Assembly (NCBI GenBank): GCA_043228905.1
Contig: JBHGNT010001502.1
Location: 1-5,954 of the forward strand
DNA from: Azolla caroliniana
Lineage: Eukaryota > Plantae > Polypodiophyta
Reading direction: 5' to 3'
DNA length: 5,954 nt
In this document: positions 1 through 5,954 of the stretch, piece after piece
Layout of the letters: every line of letters starts with the position of its first letter
Position numbering within the stretch: position 1 is the stretch's first letter
Program-made: the position numbers and the translations under genes
Notes under the pieces: model-generated
Databases searched by the model: none
What the model saw: the letters and a program-made list of their open reading frames with translations, nothing else
Told to the model about the DNA's origin: nothing

Positions 1-1
1 A

Positions 2-290
2 AGGTGCTATGAAGAAGCCATAGCTAATGATCACAAGGAGAAATGGCAGAGTGCAATGCAAATGGACTCCTTGCATGAAAACTATACCTACGAGTTGGTG
101 GAGCTACCAAAGGGTAAAAGAGCGCTTAGACATAAATGGGTCTACAAGGTGAGGACTGGGGAAGTCGACAACACACCTAGGTATAAAGCCCGGATAGTGG
201 TGAAGGGGTTTCAATAGAAAAAGGGTGTTGACTCTGACGAAATATTCACACCAGTCGTGAAGATGACATCCATCCGAACTGTTATGAGAA
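2..290 (+). pseudogene. pol: Ty1/copia (Tnt1-like) pol fragment, N-terminal part of reverse transcriptase (RVT_2-type), interrupted by the gypsy LTR at 291
   Basis: Manual translation of frame +2 gives RCYEEAIANDHKEKWQSAMQMDSLHENYTYELVELPKGKRALRHKWVYKVRTGEVDNTPRYKARIVVKGFQ*KKGVDSDEIFTPVVKMTSIRTVM. This matches the hallmark copia RT motifs (W..AM..EM.SL..N.T..LV.LP.G, KWV(F/Y)K, RYKARLV.KG(F/Y).Q..G.D..E.F.PV....SIR). There is an in-frame TAG at 215-217 and an apparent 2-codon deletion in AMQ^MDS. It is missing from the ORF track. Confidence 0.95.
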
Positions 291-398
291 TGTTAGCCGG
301 CTGGCAAAGGAAGTCCAAAATGGGAAATGAGGGGATAATATTTACATAGAATTATTATGATTTGAGAAGCGAACGGACAGACACGGAATCAGTATGCC

Positions 399-448
399 GA
401 TCCGGATCCGAACCGGTTTGTTGCCGGTTGCCGGTTGGCACCGGTTTG
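399..448. repeat. CCGG-core short repeat cluster in LTR U3: palindrome GATCCGGATC plus four CCGGTT(T)G-like units
   Basis: GATCCGGATC at 399-408 is a perfect palindrome. CCGGTT occurs at 413, 424, 431 and 441, with another at 478 just after the TATA box. Confidence 0.8.
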
Positions 449-466
449 TACCTAAAACCAGAGACC

Positions 467-475
467 TATAAAAAG
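467..475 (+). promoter_or_regulatory. TATA box of the LTR promoter
   Basis: CCTATAAAAAGGG, the typical plant LTR TATA context, located mid-LTR downstream of the repeat cluster. Confidence 0.7.
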
Positions 476-676
476 GGCCGGTTAGATTGTAATCATTAGC
501 GGATAATTAATAGAGTGATGTTGTTCTATATCTTGATCATTGTTAATTACCATTCTGTGCTAAGTATAATTTATCCTACACGTGTATTGTGAGTAATGAT
601 ATTGCCGCTAGTAACTCCTCAGGGTTCCATTAATAGTCGGTCTAACTCTATCTCACTGCAACACCCCTTTGGTGAA

Positions 677-693
677 GTGTCTCAAAGAGACAC
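677..693. other. Perfect hairpin in LTR U5 (GTGTCTC-AAA-GAGACAC)
   Basis: 7-bp stem (677-683/687-693) with a 3-nt loop, about 30 nt before the LTR end. Confidence 0.65.
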
Positions 694-731
694 CCTATGT
701 TAGGCCATTGTCAAAGAGATAACACAATTTT

Positions 732-744
732 TGGCAACCACAAT
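732..744 (+). other. Primer binding site (PBS), probably for tRNA-Arg
   Basis: TGGCAACCACAAT lies 5-7 nt after the LTR end, and TGG pairs with the tRNA CCA end. It differs by two G>A changes from TGGCGACCACAGT, the complement of the plant tRNA-Arg(UCG) 3' end as I recall it (not checked against a database). Confidence 0.55.
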
Positions 745-1228
745 TCCTGCACAAATGCAGCGAACAACGGCGGGCATGGATGACTAGACCAACAAACGAC
801 CTGGTTACGAAGCGTGCAAGAAGACTTGCCGAACGATTGCGAAAGCGAGAGGCTTTCCAATAGGCGGCAGAAGAGATCCGTGCGAATCGCTCATTTTCCA
901 AAGTAATCCGGCGAGTGGCTGCAGAGTCACCCCGCGGATAGCAAAATTCCCAACCGGATGAAGGAAGTAGTTTGACCAGTCTCCGGGACACGGAATCCAT
1001 TCTGCAGGCACTAGCGATAGGGGGAGGCGATTCGGAACCATTCTGAGCCTTCGAATCGGATTCGGATGGTGAATGTAGCGCCCATTCGAATTACCGTAGC
1101 AGCCACGACACCCTAGACGGACCGGAGGACGAGCAGTCAGATACCTTGCCGACACTAGAACCGGAGTTAACGGAACTAGAAGCCCTAGATCGGCAAGTGG
1201 CGGATCAACTTCTGACACTGCCACGTGA

Positions 1229-1305
1229 GACACCGGAAGAAGTGGAGAGAAAACCTCCGACACCAAAAGAAGAGGAGGGGAGACCTCCGACACCGGACGA
1301 CGACA
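1229..1305 (+). repeat. 30-bp in-frame tandem repeat (~2.5 copies) in the gag N-terminal region
   Basis: GACACC recurs at 1229, 1259 and 1289, and ACCTCCGACACC at 1253 and 1283. It encodes TPEEVERKPP / TPKEEEGRPP / TPDDD. Confidence 0.8.
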
Positions 1306-1883
1306 TGCTGTTCCAATATCCCAAGTACCGGGATGATCCGGACGCAGAAGCTCATTTCTATGCATTTTTGCAAACATGGGAAGCAAACCATGTGTCGCAA
1401 CGCTTGACCGCCACCGAAGCAGAATCCTCAAAGATTGCAGAGTTTGGCATGACCTTGGAAGGACCAGCCGCGCGATGGCGCTAGACGCACACTCCCGAAA
1501 CCATCCCGACGTTTGAGGACTTAAAAACCAGATTTTTACAGTTCTTCAACAAAGAGGTGGATCAACGGGAGATGGTCGGCCTGTTCTACACCATACGGCA
1601 GGAACCTATGGAAACCATTCAACAATTCGTAATCCGGTTCCAGCGAATGCACAATTAGCTCAATCGGGCATCACTGGAGGAAGAGGCGAAATCAATATTC
1701 TTAGCCACACTCAGGGAACCCCTGCGTACGGTGTGCGCAATGATCGATTTTCGCACCAACACGATTGACCAAGTCATAGAACGGGTCAGGGAGATGGAGA
1801 AAACAAGCTTGTGGCTAACAATGGGGGCACTCCAATGTACATTACCGATAGAAGACGACCTACGGTTTCGGCAAGCTATACAA

Positions 1884-1982
1884 TGTATGACTTGTCTCAA
1901 TGTCGGGTACTCGGCAATAGAATGTACCATGCGGACAGAGTGCATGTTATGCCACTCCAAAACGCACACAATGGAGCGATGC
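1884..1982 (+). other. Tandem CCHC zinc knuckles 1 and 2 of Gag
   Basis: CMTCLNVGYSAIEC (1884-1925; the His position is TAC, explicable as CAC>TAC) and CMLCHSKTHTMERC (1941-1982), both with CX2CX4HX4C spacing. Confidence 0.85.
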
Positions 1983-2438
1983 GAATATAACTTGCTGAAC
2001 CGGCAAGCGGCACTGGTAAGGCAAATCGAACCCCAGAGCAACTGGGAGGAGGAAGAAGAACGTTGGCGACGAGATGAGCGTTACCGGCCGGTGCAAGATA
2101 TCCAGAACAACGACAGAAAGGACGCTCACGACCGAGACTAGCTAGATAGCTACCGAGATTACAACGGTGAACATTACGAGCGATACAACCAGGATCACTC
2201 CCCTGGTTACAACTAGCGGAGGGAGGATTAAGGCAACTATAAAAACCGGCCCCGACAGGGTTACCGGAACAACAAACGCTTCAACAAAAAATGGAACGCT
2301 AGAAAGGAGGACTGCCAGTGGCAGCCAGATAAGGGCATGCCAAGTACCCAACCGGACCAAGCATCTAACCGACCACCAATAGGACGTCAACCGGGTACCG
2401 GAGCGAACGCCGAATCCAACAACACCCGGAAAGTGTAC

Positions 2439-2480
2439 TGCTACTATTGCCGGCAAGAGGGACATTATAGTAATTAGTGT
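2439..2480 (+). other. Third CCHC zinc knuckle of Gag
   Basis: CYYCRQEGHYSN*C in the gag frame, with a TAG at 2475-2477 in a non-ligand position. It is not visible in the ORF track. Confidence 0.85.
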
Positions 2481-2695
2481 CTGGTTAAAAGCTATGAGAA
2501 AAGACCAGTCGTGAATATGGTGGTAGCAGAAGTTGCCAATATACAACAAGTCACCACTAGGGCAAAAGGCAAAACAATGGAGTGGGAAACACAGGAGGCA
2601 ATCTGAAAGCAAGCCACCGAGTGGGTGAAGAAGGCAAATGAGCAAAATGTGGCTGAGCTTGAACAACAAAAGGAGAAACCGGAAGGGGCACTAAC

Positions 2696-3422
2696 ACGAT
2701 CCAGCTGGAAAACCCAACATGGCAAGTGTTACAAGAATGCCAGATTACGCTACCATTGGGTCAGTTATACAGCTAGTGGCCTGATTTACGGAAGGGCTGA
2801 CATAAGGAATGACCACATCAATTTCGTTGCCAACTCCTGCGTTCTTCTCAAATCCGGAAGAAGGGCCAACAGTGGTAGACACGAACAGTCCGGCAATCAC
2901 CGCCATCGTCAAAGGACGAGAATTACCAGGGACGATTGTGGACGGAGGATCAGGCGTGAACGTGATCAGTTTACGGACTTGCAATACCCTGGGAATCCAG
3001 GAATGGGAGCCTTGCCCGTTTTGGCTTCGAATGGCGGATACAAGTTTGGTAAAACCTACCGGTTTGATACGAGATCTAGATGTAACTATCGGAGGTCACA
3101 CATTCCGCATTTCGGCAGTGGTTCTCCAGCTCAATGCGCAAGGGGCTTACCCGTTGTTGCTGGGCCGCCCATGGCTAAAAACGGCGCATATCAAACAAAA
3201 CTGACGGAAAAACATGATTACCTTCCGACAAGGGAAGACAAAAATAAGGGTGCCTACCCACCCTCGAGCCAGTACCGGCAAGGAGGTGACACCACTATAT
3301 GCAGAAGGTGTAAACATGCTAGAGGGGCTTGCGGACGAAGAGGTCGACCAATACTTAGAAGAAAATCAAAAAATTGTACCCCTATTTGAAATCGATGTGG
3401 TGGAAGCAATGTCACAATATAG
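2696..3422 (+). pseudogene. pol: Retropepsin-type aspartic protease region and PR-RT linker
   Basis: Track ORF 2809-3204 has TIVDGGSGVNVIS (catalytic Asp codon at 2941) and the C-terminal YPLLLGRPWL motif. The same frame continues through TGA 3202 into ORF 3214. Frameshifts occur near 2695, 2768 and 3420, and stops at 2782, 2803 and 3202. Confidence 0.88.
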
Positions 3423-4980
3423 AATGCAATCGATGACGACATCCAGGAACCGGATCGGGAAGCTATCAGAGAATTATGGCAAGCACAAGAAGCTCTGGAG
3501 AAGGAGATAGAGGTAGCCCAACGCGTGAAAGCATCCCAGTTAGAGGAAGTGAACTTAGGGACCGGGGACGACGCCAAACCAATTCATATTGCTAAGGAAA
3601 TGTCACCGGACAACAGGACAGCGATGATCACTTTATTAAAGGAATTCCGGGACGTATTCACCTGGTCCTATGAAGACATGCGGGGGCTGGATCCTCAGTT
3701 GTACAAACATCAAATACACCTTAGTAAGGATGCCAAACCGGTAGCACAACGGCGTTACCGGATGAACCCTAACTATGCAGCAAAAGTCAAAGAGGAAATT
3801 AACAAGTTGCTACGGGTCGGTTTTATCCGACCAATGAAAAAAGCTACATGGTTAAGTCCCATAGTCATTGTGCCGAAAGAGAACAGTAAAATCCGGGTAT
3901 GCATTGATTACCGGAAACTCAATGCGGCGACATTGACCAATGCCTTTCCACTGCCGTTTACGGATGGAGTGCTGGACGCGGTAGCCGGTCATGAAATGTA
4001 TAGCTTCCTAGACGGTTTCAATGGCTACAATCAAATAAGGATGCACCCCGATGACCAAGACAAGACGGCATTCGTCACCGAATGGGGAGTCTTTGTCACA
4101 GTGGTAATGATGTTCGGGCTCAAGACCGCGCCAACGATCTTTCAACGAATAATCATGGAAATATTTGGCGAGTTCATTCTGGCATTCATGAAGGTATTCC
4201 TGGATGACTTCGTCGTGTATAGCCGAGAGGGAGAACATCTCCAACACCTCTGGCTATGTCTTGAGAAATGCAGAAGTTATCGGCTAAGCCTGAATCTAGC
4301 AAAGTGTGTTGTCGGAGTAACAAGCGGTGCATTGTTGGGCCATCTTGTCAGCAAGGACGGGATCGCGGTAGAACCCGATAAGGTGAAAGCAATCTCAGAA
4401 GCACCGGCACCATCGACGGCCAAAGCCTTGAGTCGGTTTCTAGGGCAAATCCGGTGGCATAGCCGGATGCTCCGGTATTTGGCCGATCTTGCTACACCAT
4501 TGCATGCCGCGGTTCACCGGACACCGTTCCAATGGACGAATACGGAGGATGAGGCTTACCAGGCACTAAAAGTACTGCTATCACAAGCACCGGTGGTGCA
4601 ACTACCGGACCGGTCAAAAGAATTCCATGTGTTCGTGGATGCATCCGACATAGCAATCGGCAGTGCACTAATGCAACTGACTGAACTGAAATGGTACCGA
4701 CCGGTCTATTATGCTAGCCGGAAGCGATCCTAGGCGGAACGAAATTATTCAATAACGGAAAGAGAAGCCTTAGGGATGATTTACAACGTTACCAAGTTCA
4801 GGCACTATTTATTGGGAAGGAAATTTTCTTTCCATGTCGACCACTCAACGCTGTTCTATTTGGTCTCAAAGGCATCACTCACCGGCAAGCTGGCCCGAGG
4901 GACATTGTTTCTACAAGAGTTCGAGTTCGAAATATATCACCGACCGGGGATACAACATGCGGTTGCCGATTATCTGACCG
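3423..4980 (+). pseudogene. pol: Ty3/gypsy reverse transcriptase plus RNase H
   Basis: Open frame 3423-4730 has WLSPIVIVPK, RVCIDYRKLN, FLDGFNGYNQI, MMFGLKTAP, VFLDDF (FLDD 4197-4208) and LGHLVS. RNase H motifs: VFVDASDIAIG (Asp 4638), YYASRK, *AERNYSITEREALG, FHVDHS and HAVADYL. There is a stop at 4731 and a 1-nt frameshift near 4978. Confidence 0.96.
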
Positions 4981-5462
4981 GTTAGACTCCGGTGAGACTG
5001 GAGACGGAGACCTGGATGAGTTTCCGGATGCTGAGTTGTTTAAAGTAACAGCCGAAACGGCAACCGATAGCACGGTAGTTGACAAAGACAAGTGGCTAAC
5101 CAACATGCATCAATTCCTAAGCACGGGACTTCCACCGGAGGAGATGAACCGGGATGAGTGCAAGCGGTTAACGGTGCAAAGCCGACATTTTTGTCTACTA
5201 TAGGACACCCTGTACCACAAAGGCGTGGATGGCATATGGCGGTGAGTAGTGCGAAGCCATGAAAAAGACACAATATTACGAGAAGCGCACTGTGGCGTTG
5301 CCCGAGGGCACTATGCCAGGGACGCTACGGCAAGAATGATATGGCACAGCGGGCTATGGTGGCCGACGACACTGAAGGACTCGGTTCGGTACGCGAAAGT
5401 TTGTGATTTATGTCAACGAATGGGCCAACCAACAGAACAGGCAAGGATGCCTCACCAGTCGG
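4979..5462 (+). pseudogene. pol: Integrase N-terminus with HHCC zinc finger; catalytic DDE core absent
   Basis: Frame +2 reads RLDSGETGDGDLDEFPDAELF...ILREAHCGVARGHYARDATARMIWHSGLWWPTTLKDSVRYAKVCDLCQRMG (His 5288 and 5309; Cys 5402 and 5411). Stops occur at 5201 and 5243. Homology ends at RMPHQSV, just before the expected PF..WG.DF core motif. Confidence 0.92.
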
Positions 5463-5954
5463 TGTCATGAAAATCTGTCACTATGTGCGGATTGCGAGGC
5501 GGAACCGACGGGGTTCTGGACTAGAAGGATTTAGTGCAACATGTACAACACAAGCAAAATTCGCATATAAGACGAGTAGATGGGAGACAACGTTTGTTTA
5601 TAGCATAAGAAAATAGATTCTTTTATAATTTGAGAATTTTGTGACAATGGGTTGGAGATGAAAGATGAGATAAATTTTTAAAGAAAGGAGCCAACAACCA
5701 TATAAGGAGTGGTCCAATATGAATATGAGACATTATTCTTGAAAGGAAGGAGCCAACAACCATGTAAGGAGTGGTCCGATATCAATATGAAAGAGATTTC
5801 TTCCCCAAGAATGGGAGAGAGAAGAAGAAGGAAAAAAAAAAACCTAGAGGGAAAAAATGGAACATATATCGAGCTCTTTGTTGATCCTCTTTCGCAATGT
5901 TACTTTGCATGTCCACTTTTAGTTGCGTGGCCTCTATTTTTATTTGCATGGCCT
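5463..5954 (-). mobile_element. Probable LTR of a third element inserted into the gypsy integrase, likely in reverse orientation; runs off the window
   Basis: The sequence switches abruptly to AT-rich non-coding DNA starting TGTCA (5463; a second TGTCA at 5476). On the - strand it reads as a TATA-like ATAAAAATAGAGG (5943-5931), then a CT-rich tract (5842-5812), then an end of ...TTCCGC...CATGACA, which is the usual U3-R-U5 order. No partner LTR or TSD is visible. Confidence 0.45.
5665..5802. repeat. 62-bp-period tandem duplication (two copies plus a partial upstream copy)
   Basis: AAGGAGCCAACAACCAT(A/G)TAAGGAGTGGTCC(A/G)ATAT(G/C)AATATGA starts at 5685 and 5747 (41/44 identical; 48/56 through TTCTT at 5740/5802). 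A degenerate partial unit ATGAGA...AAAGAAAGGAG starts at 5665. Confidence 0.9.

Larger units (their letters stand above)
291..724 (+). repeat. Putative 5' LTR of the gypsy element (~434 bp)
   Basis: It starts TGTTA at 291 (the copia breakpoint) and ends TAACA at 720-724, a 5-bp terminal inverted repeat. It is non-coding, contains TATAAAAAG followed by an AT-rich R/U5-like stretch, and is followed by a TGG-starting PBS. An alternative end at 726 (..CACA) is possible. The 3' LTR is not in the window, so the boundary is inferred. Confidence 0.75.
780..2695 (+). pseudogene. gag: gag (capsid domain plus three CCHC zinc knuckles), one frame with 10 in-frame stops
   Basis: A single frame runs from ATG 780 (MTRPTNDL...) through track ORFs 1146-1484, 1731-2141 and the start of 2625. 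Capsid-like segment: FQYPKYRDDPDAEAH...FGMTLEGPAARW...TFEDLKTRFLQFF...IRQEPMETIQQFVIRF (Retrotrans_gag/MHR-like). Stops occur at 861, 939, 1044, 1482, 1656, 2139, 2214, 2229, 2475 and 2604. The end coordinate is approximate (frameshift near 2695). Confidence 0.85.
291..5462 (+). mobile_element. Ty3/gypsy LTR retrotransposon (non-chromovirus-like), degenerate, 3'-truncated or interrupted within integrase
   Basis: The order LTR-PBS-gag-protease-RT-RNaseH-integrase, with integrase after RT/RH, is diagnostic of gypsy. It begins with TG exactly where copia homology stops. It has multiple stops and frameshifts. Confidence 0.95.

Noticed and set aside
426-739. Self-priming (Tf1-style) pairing between GGTTGCC (426-432) and GGCAACC (733-739)
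   Set aside because: The match is only 7 bp and lies upstream of the TATA box, so it would not be at the transcript 5' end. A TGG-starting tRNA PBS is the simpler explanation.
695-1431. Minus-strand ORFs 695-1000, 805-1431 (208 aa) and 1185-1400 as an antisense accessory gene
   Set aside because: They are shadows of the + strand gag frame with no recognisable motifs. The VSEV repeats simply mirror the 30-bp gag repeat.
2625-3389. 254-aa + strand ORF as an independent overlapping gene
   Set aside because: Only its first ~24 codons are in the true gag frame. The rest is an off-frame reading of the protease region after a frameshift and has no motifs.
1655-3577. Other minus-strand ORFs, including the hydrophobic 2142-2669 (175 aa) as a possible env-like membrane protein
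   Set aside because: The hydrophobicity is the expected antisense reading of A-rich, charged gag codons. Env-like ORFs lie on the sense strand downstream of pol.
861-5203. Frequent in-frame TAG at probable Gln positions as an alternative genetic code or RNA-editing targets
   Set aside because: TGA and TAA stops, frameshifts and missense damage co-occur, which points to ordinary pseudogene decay by C>T deamination.
5410-5616. 68-aa + strand ORF spanning the integrase breakpoint
   Set aside because: It is a chimeric off-frame ORF across an insertion junction with no motifs.
5685-5802. Repeat-spacer-repeat pattern as a mini CRISPR array
   Set aside because: There are only two copies, the intervening parts are similar to each other, there are no cas genes, and the context is eukaryotic retrotransposon DNA.
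5808-5842. Purine run as the polypurine tract of the gypsy element
   Set aside because: It is not followed by TGTTAG or any copy of the 291-724 LTR. It fits better as a CT-rich R-region tract of a reverse-oriented LTR.

Overview
This is plant repetitive (heterochromatin-like) DNA made of nested, decayed LTR retrotransposons. I see no host gene, RNA gene or CRISPR array. (1) 1-290: a Ty1/copia (Tnt1-like) reverse-transcriptase fragment on the + strand, with one in-frame stop, cut off mid-domain. (2) 291-~5462: a Ty3/gypsy element inserted into that copia RT. It has a ~434-bp 5' LTR (TGTTA...TAACA, TATA box at 467), a PBS-like TGGCAACCACAAT at 732, and a gag-PR-RT-RNaseH-IN reading frame starting at 780. 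I read about 16 in-frame stops and about 4 frameshifts in that frame. Gag has three CCHC knuckles, the protease motif is DGG and the RT motif is FLDD. There is no extra archaeal-type RNase H in the visible part, so it resembles non-chromoviral (Athila/Phygy/Selgy-like) gypsy elements. (3) ~5463-5954: the integrase stops right after its HHCC finger and gives way to AT-rich non-coding DNA that starts TGTCA and contains a 62-bp tandem duplication, probably an LTR of a third element on the - strand. The most unusual signals are a strong CCGG excess confined to the gypsy element (about 58 CCGG vs about 14 GGCC by hand count), TAG-dominated nonsense mutations consistent with CHG-methylation decay, and the 2+1 split zinc-knuckle Gag. 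I cannot support a new biological system here beyond a possibly poorly described gypsy family.
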